Source: Amoebophrya sp. A120
Lineage: Eukaryota; Protista; Dinoflagellata
Assembly: GCA_905178155.1 (NCBI GenBank)
Contig: CAJINV010000003.1
Coordinates: forward strand, 8,411,444 to 8,475,443
Direction: 5' to 3'
DNA: 64,000 nt
Made by a program: the position numbers and the translations under genes. The stretch's first letter is position 1; every line of letters starts with the position of its first letter. Below, piece after piece: positions 13,801 to 26,800 of this stretch. A model generated the notes under the pieces. That model had not been told where the DNA came from and ran no database searches. It worked only from the letters and a program-made list of their open reading frames with translations.

Positions 13801-16800
13801 AGGAGGCCGTGGCAGAGTTCGGAAGCAATGTCGCGGCTGAACTCGAGAAGCAGTCCGACTGCGTTTCAGCGCTCCCAGAAGTTGCGATAGAAGAAATCGA
13901 ACGGGAGCTAGAAGCAGCTGCTAAGAGAACTTCTAGACCAGGAAATAAAGAGCCTGGAAGTAGTACGTCTACGTCTTCGGCAAATAAAGAGAAGCCGAAG
14001 CCGATCGAAGAACTCTACCCCTCGCTCTTTGGTTCGCCACGGAAAAAGACCGCGGACGATCACGATCAACATGACTCGCAGGAGGCGGGAAAGAGCAAAG
14101 CTGCCAAAGCAGGCACAACTACTTCTGCAGCGGGGACGACCGACAAGCTGCCAGTCCAGGATGAAGTTCTTGACGCGCGCGCTCTCATGTCGGAGTCTCT
14201 CGTTGCCGCAGACGGTTTTCTCGCCACGACGCTGCAGCCGATGAAGATAAGCTTCAACACGCTGCGCGATCTGCATCTGCACGAGCGAACAAAGATGACG
14301 CTGATCCTTGAGAAACAGGCAAAGCAGATCGCGGAAAATGAGCAGAAGGAGAGTGACGCGGTGCGAGAGAACACGGAACTCCTCGCGGAGAATCGGAGAC
14401 TCCGCAACGACGCGGAGATGAAAAAGCTGCAGTTTGACCAGGTTTTGGCGGAAAAGGCGAAGGAGGACGAGCAGCAGCAGCTTTTCCAGATCGAGCAACA
14501 GTACACGCTGCGGGGAAACCTCCGCGAGAAGATGTCGGACATCGAGAAGCTGACCCAACGGGTGGCGGTATCGTGAGGAAAAATCTCCCCTCCCCATACC
14601 AAAAGGGGGCACTTCTGAAAATTTGTGATGCTGATTTGTGGCCACAAATCGTCTCTGTATTGCAAGAAGGCAAGTCCAGAGACTCCGCCACCTTTTGCAG
14701 GCGGTTTGTGATGCTGCTAAGCCTACAGGCGGGATCTCTGTCTTGCTAAGTAGAGCCTACATCAGAACACCCCCGCCCGTGCTTTGTATCTGCCTGCATT
14801 CCTCTACTGCAAGACAAAGCTGATATCTGTACACAGTTCCCGCATCACAGATTTCGACTTTGATATGGGGAGGGGGGATTTTTCATTTTGATATGCGGAG
14901 CAGGAGAAGGAGAAGTATCTGTTGCAAACCAAGATCGACGAGTTTGAGGACGAGAAAACGGATTTGGTGCGGTTCCACGAACGGGAAATCCACGCGTGGA
15001 AAGCGGCGAAGGACGATCTGGCGGAGGAGCAGAGGGAGTCCAAGCAGCAGTTGCAGGACATCATCCAGCGGTTAGAAGAAGAGAAACAACAGAACAAAAC
15101 CTTGTTCGACCTGAAGGTGAAGGAGTTCGAAAAGCAGCTAGAGGCAGAGAAGGAGCAGCAGAAGAAGCAGCAGGAGGTGTTTCAGGACCAGCAGAAGGAA
15201 CTGAAGGAACTCTACAACCGAGAAAAGCAATATGGAAGCGTCAGGTTTGAAATCGACAAAGTTGAAATGACTTGTAATGCATAAAGTGCATGACCCGAGG
15301 TACGTGTGTTGCAGAGCAGGCACGTGAGGCCGATTGTAGGCCTCTTTGGGGTTGCAGCTCGAGCTGCTAAAGTAGCATGAGAAAATCGCCCTTCTTTGCC
15401 TAAACAGTATGACAAACTGGATTCAGGGACCACCGAAATTTGTCATGCGCCACTTGGAAACTGGGTTCCAACTGGCATCCATTTTATGCATGACACTTTG
15501 TCGATTTCGATCCTGACGCTTCCATAAGCAAGTCGCAACCACTTCGGTCACGGAAAACAAGAAAATCCTGGACGAGTTGACGAACGAACTGGATTTGCTG
15601 ACCGCGCAGAACACGAGTCTGACGAAGGAACACGAGAAGGAACGCAACCTCTTGCGAGAGGAAATCGCGAAGCTGAAAGCCGACAACCGCATTCTGGCGG
15701 CAAAGTTCGAGGAACTACTGAGCTTCTCCGGTGCGATGGAGAAAAAAAACCGCAACTTGGTGCTGGGGTTGGCGAAAACAGAAAAGGACCACAGCGGGCT
15801 GGTCGAAGACTACTCGGTCTTGTTGCAAGTTGCAGAGCTATTACAATGAAAAATGCCCCCTCCCCATATCAAAACGGAAATCTGTGATGCAGATTTGTGG
15901 TCACAAATCAGCTTTGTGATGCTAGAAGGCAAAAGATGCGGACTGTAGTGCTGTCTAGCGTGGGAAAGCCTTGCAGCTCCAGGATGACAGGAGGCAACTG
16001 GAAGTGGGAAACAGCATGACAGATTACCTGCAATTTAGGCCACAGCTTCGTCTCTTGGCCTTCTAGCAATACAGGTCGATTTGTGTACTCAAATACAGCA
16101 TCACAAGTTCGCGCATCTTCCGTTTCCGATATGGGGTGGGGGCTTTTTTCACTTTGATAAGAGCAGAGCGCGGGCGGGGCGGGGAGAAGGGCTGGAGGAG
16201 GTCGTAGACGCTCCGGTAGCAGTTGTAGACCGTTCTACCCACCTCGCAGTTCCGCGACGCGAAGTGCCTCTGCCTCTGCGCAGGCGCACCAGCACTCCAG
16301 TAATAAGCGCGGCTCCTCAACAACGCCCTCGTCGAGCGCATCGCGTTCGCCGGGGGGCGTGGGCACCAGCAGGAGTACTAGAAGAGTCTTGCCTACTCGT
16401 GGTGGGGCAACTACATCGCTGCATGATCGCGGAAGCGTAAGCTTGACGCCGAGCAGAGCTGCAGCTGCCAGAGGACAGCATCGTGCTCACGACCCTGATG
16501 GAAATCCGCCACGACGTGATGCGCTCTCCCGAGGGCGTGACTTTGTATTCGAAGGTGTGCTGGAGAAGCCGACAAGCGCAGATCCGGAAGTGCAGCGAAT
16601 TCTGGATCGTGTTGACGTATTTCTCACTAACAAAGCACGGGAACGACGCGGATCGCCGCCCGCTGGTGTGGTCGCCACGCTCTCATCTCGAGACAGAATG
16701 TGGCGAGCAGAAAAAGCATCATCCTCAACATCTCCAAGCACGACGCGACGGGTTCTGGTGGACGATTTGCAACCGAGCGGGGCGCCTTTGAGAGCTGCGG

Positions 16801-19769
16801 GTGGTGGGACAAGATCGAGTCCTACCTGCTCGCGAGGACAAAACAAAAAACCGCATCAACCCCGAAGGTGGCAGGATATGCATTGCAAATATTTCTGGGC
16901 CTGGAAGCAAGGATCCAAACTTGTCATGCCAAATCTGAAGCGGGCTAAAATGTGTGTTGCATGACCCGCAAAACTTACCCACTTGCACTTCTTGCAACGG
17001 AAACAAAAGGCAAACTTCCCACGCAGAATAGGCATTAAGAAGCTCTTGCAAAGTTTCAATTTGTGATGCTTTTGGCTGCATTCGAGTTCGAGATCTGATT
17101 CTGATCATCTCTGGGAGTGGTGGGATAGTACACGAGATGCATGACATCAAACCTTGCTGCAGCTCTCTTCCAGACCCAGACCACATATTTGCACTCGATA
17201 CAGGAGCTCGCGAACACAACGCACGACCAGTATTCTATGCATGTTTCCCCGCGAAGCAGCCGTTCGCGGCTCCTTCGGGCAGACAACGACTTCCTCGTCA
17301 ACGATCGAGATTCGCGCCTGAAGTCCGGTCGTTACAACAACAGTCCCAGGCTCGACTTCACCAACAGCAAGGCGTCTTGGAGCAATAGCTTGCGCTCCAC
17401 GTCCGAAGTCCTAGGAGGCTTCGGAAATCTTTCGAAGTTGGAGACCAAGTCACCGACCAATTCCGTCAGAAATGGGCGCACGAGCCACAGTCCCTCGGCA
17501 AGGAGCCGAAAGGAAAGCAACGCCAGCTTCTTCGACGATTTGCTACGAACGCACGATGGAGGTCTGATGTCGAAGGAACGAAGATTCAGTCCACGAAGCG
17601 CTACAGCGGTTCCCCCGGGCGGCGGGATTCTTCGTGGCACAGGTAGTGGCAACTACATGGTCAGCACCTCCCATGATATTTCCCCTCCACGAGGGGACGA
17701 GCAGAGACTTCTCGTGTCCCAACGAGGATCTCCTGGAGGCTCCGGGTCTCCGGCAAGCAAAAAACACGTGGAAATTCTGGAGCAACTGTCGGAATTGGAA
17801 GAGATCTTTCTCGAAAAAGCCACAGAATCCCGGACAAAAGTAGAGAACATGTCAAAGAACTCAGGCGTTTTTTTCTCCTCGTCGCGATCACCCGCCGAAG
17901 ATGATGGGCGGACGACACATCTTCATAGTTCCTCACATGGACCACCAGCCCCTGGACCACGGCCACAACAAAGGCCGCTGGCTTTCTCGGACGGAACATC
18001 AACGAAGCCAGAGGACGTCGACCTGCAGCAGGCTTGGACCCAGCTGATATCGCGAAACTCGTCTCGCCGCGGCAGCTTGTCATCCTTGGAAAGCAGCCGG
18101 AGGCTGAGGTCCCCACGAAACAGGCTGTCCCTGTCCCCGAAATGGTATTCGAGCTCTGCCCGCGGCGTCGTGGCCGCATCCTCATCTTCCTCGTCGCAAC
18201 TGCAGTCTGTCAGAGGTTCCAAAGAAGTGATCACTGGACGATCCTCGTCAAGAACTGGAGCTGCTCCGCAGCAGTTTTACTCGGAGCCGGACGGAGCGCC
18301 AGCAGCTCCCGTTGTACTGGAAGATCCCGTAGCTCTGGCGCCCAGTCCCGCGGCACAAGACAAGGAGCAACTGCATCTCCCACGACCGAGGGGTTGCAGT
18401 GGTCACGAAGTACCGCTTGCGCAAAAGTTGCTGCGGTCGCCTCGTCCTCCGACGGTTTTGGGACAGAACCTGTTTATTGAGTCCTCCTCCTCCGCCTCGG
18501 GGCGAGCGAGGTAAAAAAATAGATAAATGCTATTTTTAGAAGTTGTGAGCTTTTTCGATTTAGTTTCAGCCTAAGCCTTGTTCTTCTAATTCAGTAGCTA
18601 GCATGCTGTTGGGCCCGAGTCACAGACACACACACAGACAAAGAAGGTCACAGACATTGATGGATCATGATCAAATGCTGACTCGCAGTTGTACGTTATC
18701 TTCTAAATCCATTCAAGAAATTTCGCTGAAACTACTGCGACTCATGCTCATGTGCTTCACAGGAGCAGAAGTCCATCAGCGCGAAAGAGGCCAGAATCCG
18801 CAAGGCAAAGCGACCCGAACCCTGCCGCTACTCTGAGTTCGCTGTTGGCAGAAATCGATGCTGGCTCGGGCCAGCAACTTCAGCAGCAGCATCACAACGG
18901 TTCTACGCTCATCTCGCTGGCGAATGCAAACAATAGTCAATTATCGATTATCGAGGACCAGCCGTGGAACAAGTCACACTCTCCGAGGAGTAAATTGTCC
19001 CAGCGGTTGCGCTATGAATTGCAAAAGTATCGCACTCGTATTGCAATCATGCATTGCAAATCTTTTCCCTAAGGTAAATCAGCATCACAAATTTTTATTT
19101 TATTTCTCATGCTGTGAAAATCAAAATGAAAATTTGTAATGCTAATGCATTTATACGAGTACGATACTTTTACAAAGCATATACGCCTGGGGCCGACAAT
19201 TTTATCACACATAAAAGACGAAAATGAAGCGTTACTCCGAAAACAAATGGAATCCTTTAGAGGTATAACATGAGTACAACTTGAATTTTTTTTTTGATGA
19301 TGTCCTCCATCCATCCTCCATGCGCTTGCTTGATGCAGGTCATATGTTTATAGCGATCTTTTGTCATCCTCATCTTTTGGCAAGGATTTCTGTTTGTCAA
19401 GCAGTTATTTGTTCAAACCAAAGTCCATATTAATTTCCGCAAGGCCCTAATATGAAATGAAAAGAAATATTTGTCCTCGCAATGCACCATTACAAATTAA
19501 TAATGAGCTGGAAATTAGCACTAGTAGTAGTACCTCTTGCTTGCGTTCCAGGTACTACTCGAGAGGACCCGTCTTTTCAAGAATTGAACGAGTCAACAAC
19601 GTCGCGGTACGCAGCCCTGGACTCGGTCGCAAAAATTCAGCGGGAAAATATTTTGTTGCTGAAAGCAAAGATCGAGGCTCTCGCGGCGACGCGGCGAGAA
19701 CAGCAAAAGGCCGATACGAAGATTGTCAGCCAGGAAGACCATGCAGATCCCGCCGGCGTTTCCGTTTGA
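7897..19769 (+). CDS. Giant coiled-coil / low-complexity protein, ~2870 aa, 13 exons (9 introners + 3 GT-AG introns); true start uncertain
   Basis: ORFs 7897, 9735, 12531, 14922, 15577, 16359, 17141, 18752 and 19482 join in one frame after removing each element+5 nt and the GT-AG introns 8947-9176, 18511-18762 and 19263-19551. Exon sum is 8622 nt, divisible by 3. Sequence is E/K/Q/L heptad-rich. Confidence 0.85.
9337..9655. mobile_element. Introner family E (TATGGRAGYGTCAGG)
   Basis: TSD AGAGA/AGAGA; ~35-bp TIR. Confidence 0.9.
11650..11902. mobile_element. Introner family A
   Basis: TSD CATGG/CATGG; 31-bp TIR TATCAAnTGTAAAAATGTCTGGGTCTGGAAG. Confidence 0.92.
11977..12131. mobile_element. 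Introner family B (TGCAAAAGTATCGCACTCGTA)
   Basis: TSD GGAGA/GGGGA. Confidence 0.85.
12248..12520. mobile_element. Introner family C (TATGACAGTGCACAAC), internal (GAT)n
   Basis: TSD GTCCG/GTCCG. Confidence 0.9.
14569..14893. mobile_element. Introner family D (AAAAATnCCCCTCCCCATA)
   Basis: TSD GGCGG/TGCGG. Confidence 0.88.
15231..15526. mobile_element. Introner family E
   Basis: TSD AGCAA/AGCAA. Confidence 0.9.
15839..16159. mobile_element. Introner family D
   Basis: TSD AGAGC/AGAGC. Confidence 0.9.
16877..17200. mobile_element. Introner family A
   Basis: TSD CAGGA/CAGGA. Confidence 0.9.
19013..19181. mobile_element. Introner family B
   Basis: TSD TGCGC/TACGC. Confidence 0.85.
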
Positions 19770-22224
19770 TAGGAGCGGCGACTCTTCAAAGTAGAACAGA
19801 CGGGGGAAAATTTGTAAATCATTTTGGTCGTATGTGGGGGCGGGATCCAGATCAGGGACTGTGTCTGTGTGCATTCTATGCGTCTTTGGATCGGCGTTCG
19901 TGGCGAGCGATTTTTCTTTTTCTTCACCAGGAAGCCACTTGGTGGCCGCGATAAAAGAAAAGCTTAAACTATGTATACTATTGCATTTGCACCCCAGCGG
20001 TTGAGTGACAAACAGCCTGACGTGTATACGATACAAAAATCAAAAGAATTCCATGTCGACATTGTTTTTGTTGACCAAAATCAAATTTACTTCGTTAGAC
20101 TCAACACGGCGGAATATTCAAGATGAAAACTTTATACTTTTATTTTCAATGTCGGCGTCTCTATGTCTATTCTTTTTCTTGGTATCGGTATCGGAGTCAA
20201 TCATCAATCAATGCTCTATTTCCTTGACGAAGGTTTTATGGCGCCCAAGTAAGTTATTTCTATTTGTGAGGGAAACAAGAAGCATAGGCATACAGTCTGG
20301 GACGCATGATCGATTTTATTCGAAAGTCGAAACTCTGAAAATCACACAGCGCAGCTAGATTTATTTCTACAGGCCCCCGTTGCTTGTCTGACCGAGGTGC
20401 CGGTCTTGGTCGGGACCGGGAGGAAGAAATCGGCCAAATGGAGCTACTAGTACTAGGCACCTTGCGAGTGTGTTTCGGGCTGCATCGTGGCCAGGCATTG
20501 TTATTCTACCCTCCATGTTGTGTTAGTTGCATCCAACATTTTCAATTTAATCGGTTGTCTAGACGACCACTAGGATCACAGATAATGATAAGATCAAACA
20601 ATGATCCACACGCTGTTATTTGATTCGAAACACATTATTTCTTTTTTTCGTGAAAATCTATCGACATTGAAAATGAAATCTATTTAAATTTTTGATATCC
20701 ATGCATCTTTCTTTCTTGTCATGTCTGGGCATGACTCAAGTTGTCGCTTTGGCCCGGTCCGAGATTGTCTTTCATCGTTCTCATCAATATAGTGCCCTCA
20801 AAAGATGAAGATAAGGATAAAATAAGGTTGAATAAGTAGAGAGATGCTATTTGAAAAGTAAAGATCTTCAGGCTCTAGTTCGAGATTCAGAAAATAATTC
20901 TTTCCATGATGTCTGATCCATCATATGATTGCAATTTATCTCTAATAAATCCGATCTAAACTTATCCTATCATCATCATATCTTTTTATCCCAAAATCTA
21001 TTTCATAAGATAAAAATCCAAATCGAAAAAATTAAAATGATGAATTCATAAATTTTTTTTCCCAATTTATTTTGATTAGGAATTTGAAATGAAGGGATTT
21101 CATTAACATTATCCGGAAAATTCTGGAGTTCATCTGGATGAAATTCAATTGGAGAATTGAGTCTCATGATGAAGTGAGTTTTTGTATTTTCAGAAGATCT
21201 TGTTTTTCTGATTCCATCTTCGTTGATATCCATCGGTTGGTTTCTCGATGGATCCTCATGATCTATGTTTATGTGAATATTTCTCACCTCTATCTTATTC
21301 GATGTAGGATTATGGCCAACTGCACACTGACTGATGTCAGGAGAGTTGTGTGATCACCACAAGAGAGAAGGAACGGGCTAAAACTATCTTGAACGAGAAA
21401 CTTGCAACAAGCTACGAGAGCGAGGGATCTCAAATCACATCTGCTTCACGACGTAAATGCGTGAGCAGGGAGCACGCTGCTCGAGTGTTCGTCTTTCTCT
21501 TTATTTCCTTGCTTCTTCCTATGTTCAAGGTTGAAATCGTGACTCGTTCAAGTTCAACAACGCGGCTGCACGCACGCAATGGATCTCGGTTCACAAACAA
21601 CTCTTTCTCGTTCATCGTTCTTTTCTCATCTTCGTTGTTCGTACTCGCAGAACTCTTTGTGTTGTCAATTGTGACTAGAGCTAAGGTGGCGAACACAGTT
21701 ACAACCACCCCTCGTATATATTTTTTAGAAAAAAAAAAAATCTATTTTTTGAGAAAAAATATGTACTAGTTGTAAGAGAGGTTGTGAGTGAGAATGTCAG
21801 CTGTGCGCTTTTGTTTTGCGACCTATCGTTGTATTTTGAACTCTACGAGACACTAAAGGAGTGCTGATGTTTTTTTGTATTTGGTGACTTTTTATTTTTT
21901 ATGTATAATATGCTATTTTTTTGGCTGCAGGATTCCCTACGGCGGGCAACTCACAAGGGTCGCCACGTTTGGGTCTCTACTACAATTTTTATTTTTTCTT
22001 TCTTTCTACGTTCTCTTGCTACTTCTATGCATTTTTGTCAAAATGACGCATCATGAAGGAGCGGACTTCAACCGAAATAAAGATATAGAAATGAAAACTG
22101 ACAACAAAGAAATCAGATAAGATTTGAAGTTTTGCATTGCAACAGTCACGACGTGCTTGCTGTATACATGAGTAGTCGACTTGTAGTAATAATTGATTAT
22201 AGTTTGTTATAAAAAATAGCATGT

Positions 22225-22899
22225 TTAGTCCTTGAAGTTTTCGCCTACAGCGTACTTCGGGGAGCTATCTTCGCTTTTATCATAAGCGTTCCAGTGGTAG
22301 TACGTGGCCCAGTAGCTGGCGCCTTCACTCCAGTACTGGTCCTGCCACTGCTCGGTAGAATACGTAGAATCCCATTTGGAGCACGCCTTTGCTTTGGCTT
22401 CCTCCCAACTTTCATCCTCGACATCCCACCAAGAACCCTCGTCGAACACAGCGTTTTCGGACATCCGCACGATATCGATTCTCACTACGTGTTCGATCGT
22501 GCAGACCCGGGGCTGGTTCTTGCTCGGTAGGGTTTTCATATGCTCTACATATTCGCGCTGTCGCGTTTGTTCCTCCACCTTGCAGCGCGTGACTGCCTCG
22601 CGGGTGGCTAGGAGCTGCGACATGCTCGTAAGTGGATAGGAAGTAGTGGCTTCTCCAGAGTGAAAAAATTCATCTGAGCAAACCCACACGGTGGGAAGCA
22701 GTCGCATACTCCCTTCCGTCATTTCCATCGAGCATCCTGAAATAAAAGTAGACACGTTTACTGTAAAATTATATGTAGCCAGAAAGTTTTGAATTGACAA
22801 TCTGATAGTTATTTCTATAGCAAAAGGGTATTTCTGAATGAAAAATTTATCTCTGGTTGTTATTTCTAATGCTTTATCTACTGGACACAGGCAGCACAA
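22225..22899 (-). CDS. Hypothetical ORF (W/Y/E-rich C-terminus), probably part of the retroelement 3' region
   Basis: 224-aa ORF co-oriented with and downstream of pol; no recognisable motif. Confidence 0.3.
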   Translation of the reverse strand: MCCLCPVDKALEITTRDKFFIQKYPFAIEITIRLSIQNFLATYNFTVNVSTFISGCSMEMTEGSMRLLPTVWVCSDEFFHSGEATTSYPLTSMSQLLATREAVTRCKVEEQTRQREYVEHMKTLPSKNQPRVCTIEHVVRIDIVRMSENAVFDEGSWWDVEDESWEEAKAKACSKWDSTYSTEQWQDQYWSEGASYWATYYHWNAYDKSEDSSPKYAVGENFKD

Positions 22900-23879
22900 T
22901 GATTTGGCTTTGTCGCTGTTGGAAAGTGCCGTAGAAGCTGTATTCTTTCGTCAGAAATCTCTGGGGGGACGATCTGAAAGAGAATGTAGTTTGAAGTGAG
23001 TGCATTGGTTGATCCGATGTTCGCTGCGAGGAGAAAGTTGCAGTGTCTTTGTCGACAGCAGAGAGGTAGCTTCGACAGGCATGCGTAGATGATTTTGTAG
23101 CAAGCGCGGATCTTTTTGCTTGCGAAAGTGGGGACTTTCTTATTTGTGATGCGTAGCTGTCTTCTGTGATTGGGCAAGAGCGTCCGAATTCAACATAGAA
23201 GTATGAGTTTTTGTATGATTTACTTTATATTTTGATATGAGATTTTACGTATTATTTGTCATATTTTTAGACTCGAAAGAGGTACGCGACCAGCAGTGGA
23301 CTAACTATGAGGTAGAAGCTTTTATTTTCTGACTACGAAGATGCGCGCTGTGTCTAAGCAAAATTGTAGTAGTGGTCGCGTATTCGAAATTGTCGCTGTT
23401 GAGAAAATCAGAAGCAGACAGAAGGAATTATTTTTCGTAGAAACTTGCACCGCATTGAAGATGTAGGTAGTTTTTTTGTCTTACTGGAGCTCGAGGATCA
23501 CGCGCGAAGAAGATGTCGATGATATTGATAGTAGTTCTTGTTTTTGATCGTCGACGTTGTTCTTTATTTTCGTATTTTCGTTTTGAAGTTGTCGAGTTAT
23601 TGCATGACTCCGAGTTTCGTTGTCCCTATGCTCTCTCGCTCATGGAATGAATACGAGGGCCGGACCTGTTGTCGTTTTTTCGTTGTCGACAACGTCTGGG
23701 TCGCCTGCCGCCGGATGATGTATCGGCCGGACAAGAGATTCACACCATAAATCTCGTCCGCCGTCGGCAGGCCGGCGTCGTCGACAATCCGCTTCGGGGA
23801 CGGCAAGATGTGGACCCACGTATCGGCGTAGAATTTGATGAAGTTCTTCGCCGGCGCCCGCAGCGCACGCATTTCGTCC

Positions 23880-26800
23880 TCATCCTCCGCTTTGTACTCG
23901 ACGGCGGAACCGTCGATGAGTACAATCTTCCGCGCGTCGACTAGCTGCAGTGACGTCTCGTCGACGCCAACAACCTGGTAAATTGTGGCGTCGTCCGGCG
24001 GACCGTCCGCATTCTAGTCGACTTTTCGCCTTATTTGCACACCGTCTGATCACCAGGTCCCCCACCGAAGTCTCGGCTTCTCCTACCGCACCGCGGCGCC
24101 CGAGCGCATCTGCAGTCGACTTCAGATTGCGGTCGGCTCGGATCTGTGGCTACAGGGATGTAAGATCAGAACGCTCTCCCTCCGTCAGCCCCGCTGCCTG
24201 GAAAAGAGTTTGCGCTCCCGGAAATGCGAGGGTCTTGCCACACAGCATTTGCGACGGGGATTTTTCGCACAGCTCCGGTCGCTTTAAGTTCCTGTCGAGG
24301 ATCTGCAGCGACGGCACCAGCAGCGGCCAGCTGTTCGGGTTCTCCTTGCAGCACTTGAAAACTCTCGCATTGTCCGGCTTGTTCGGTGCTTCTACTTCTG
24401 CACGACCTGTCGGGTTCACCGGCATGCTGAGGTGCAGGTAGGTGCCCTTTTCTGCGAAGTCCGCTTTGACAGACGCGAAGGCGCGGCCTGCCGTCACTCG
24501 CAGTGGCCATCCGCAACTTGCGGCGACGACAAATGCGAACTGGTTGAAGGCCTCAGAGGGACTGAGGCCCTGGACCGGGATGAGAAACGTCAGCTTGATT
24601 GTTCTCTCCACGACCCGCAAAATCGCCGTGTATGTGATGCTATATCCGTTTTTTGCATCTCCATACGTGATTTTCGCATGCGGTAAGCTGGTTACGTGGT
24701 CTATCGCGAACTCTCCGAAAAGACCACCGGACAGCGGGTTACGCCGGTATCTGAGGAGGTTCTCGCGTTCACCGTGATACAACCTGCAAACCGTGCATCG
24801 TAACACCACCTGCACCGCGTCAGCGGCGAGCCCTGGCCATGAAAAATACAGCTCGACGGTGTCTGCTGTTTTCCCTGCGCGCGAGTGCAGCGCCCAGCGG
24901 TGGTGGATGTGGACGATGATTTTGTAGCGAGTATGAGTCTTCCTATCCTGAAACAGCCCGTCTTCGTCCTCGACCTGCATGTCGGGAGCGGCTTGCTTCG
25001 GTACATAAATTTTGTTTTTGTATAGCAAGATGTCGCCGCACAGCTGAAACCCTGGCACTGCTTCTGCTTGCCGTGTTTCTGCTGCTGACTGTTCCTGTTT
25101 CGCAAGGAGGCGGCACACGTGCCCGCACTCGACGCATGATTTCTGCTTTGCTATCAGCGTCTGCGCGTCGATCCCGTTCAGAAAACACGCCGCGCGGAAA
25201 CCGGAACTCGTCGCGCCCTCGGGGGTGTGTTCTCCTTTGCTGGCGATAAACAAGAGGGATTTTTTCAGGATCCGGGGCGGGATGAGTACTTCTTCCCTGC
25301 CGGCGATAAATCCTCTCAGGTCTGCTACTTTTGTTACTGTTGCTGCTGTGTGCGACAAAGTCCCGACGTCGAAGTAACCGACTGCGGTGCCCCGGTACCC
25401 CGCGGTCAGGAGAGGCCTGACGCACCTGATTTTTCCTACTTGAACAAACTCTGGCACGAACTGCCGGAGAGGCGCCTCCTGCTCCGGTTGCAGCTCGATC
25501 TCGATTTCGCGCTCAACTTCCGGCTCGAAGAGAGCATCGAGCTCTGCGCTTATTTCTTGTTCGTCGTCGCTGTCGAAAGGGTCGCTCAATTCCAACTCGT
25601 TGTCGTCTTCCTTGCGTGCTGCGGCGACTTTTTTCTTTTTTTTCTTGTCCGTCGCGTCCTTGTCTTTTTCTGCGACGTAGTTGTGCCTGTTGAACGCGAT
25701 CGCAAAAGCGTCTTCATCGTGTGAGAAGACGCATGCCACGCCGGCTTTTGCTTTTCGCAGGCACCCAGCAATCTGAGCTCGGGCCATATCGGTTTTGGTG
25801 ACCCGATTCCGCCTCAGCTCTTTACTCGACGATAGCAGCTGGATCATCACCTCCCGGATTTTGTCCTGCTGCCACTCGACTTCGTCGCTCCAGTCGTTCA
25901 CCGCTTCGGTGATCGTCGCTGCTGTTTGCTGGAGCTCTTCTAGAAATTCTGCTGTAGAGGTTGATGCTTTCCCTTCTGGCTGGGTTACTAAAATCATCAT
26001 CCTTGTTTTGTCCTCAAAAAACTGCACGATTACTACTTGCGCAGGCGTGTTGACAAGCTTCAGCAACTGGCATCCCTCGAACTTTGTAATGCGCATTTGC
26101 GGCGCGTTCTTGATGTTCTGCCGCAGCTTGTTCATGTTGCATAATTGTCCTTTGTAGTGCGCCGTAAATTTTGCCCCCAGGCCGTCTGTGCCAACTTGCA
26201 TTCTTGCTGTTGTCGGCAAGACGCCTGCTGCAGTCGCTGCAGTGTTGGGAAAAGTTGGCTTTTCGTCTTTGCGGTTCGGCAGGGCAACATCAAAACGAGT
26301 GTCAGCTTTTTTGATGTTGATACGTTTATTTTCGTCGTTGTCGAAAAATTGCCCCCGCGCCTTCAAATGCTTCGCTCCAGTCGGTTTCGGCAGCTGCTTT
26401 TTCTGCTTCTGCGCCGCTGGTTTATCCTTCTTTTTCTTATCTCCAGCTGCAGGCTGCTGCTGCGCTTCCTGCTGCTTGTCGACTTGTTCTTCCTGCTCCG
26501 GGACAGCTGGAGCGGCCGGCGGTTGATCATCCTGCTTGTCATCCTGCGTCTCCTTGCCCTGCTGCTGCTCGACTTGAAGGAGCGCTGGCTGGGCTGGTGG
26601 CGCTGGAGGACACAGCAACTCATCCTCGGCCGGCGGCAGCAACGCGTCACGCTGCAACTCCGGCTGCAGCAGTACTTCAGCGTCGCTGTCGTCGTTCTCT
26701 GGTAAAAGAATTTGCTTTTCGAATCGGATACTCGTGCACATCTCGTGTAGCTGCGGGATCCTCCTCCATCTTGGTTCGGTGAGAGCGACGCCCGTCTTCG

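Noticed and set aside
21320-22200. LTRs of the retroelement
   Set aside because: No second copy found in the window to define them.
7615-24152. Genome-wide stop-codon reassignment (in-frame TAG at 7825 and 24150)
   Set aside because: Thousands of codons in intact genes use CAG/CAA and TGG with no internal stops, and genes end in TGA. Isolated cases fit single transitions.
24150-24950. Gypsy integrase as the mobiliser of the introners (5-bp TSD)
   Set aside because: Element ends are TAT...ATA rather than TG...CA, the integrase appears defective, and subterminal motif arrays fit hAT better. Not formally excluded.
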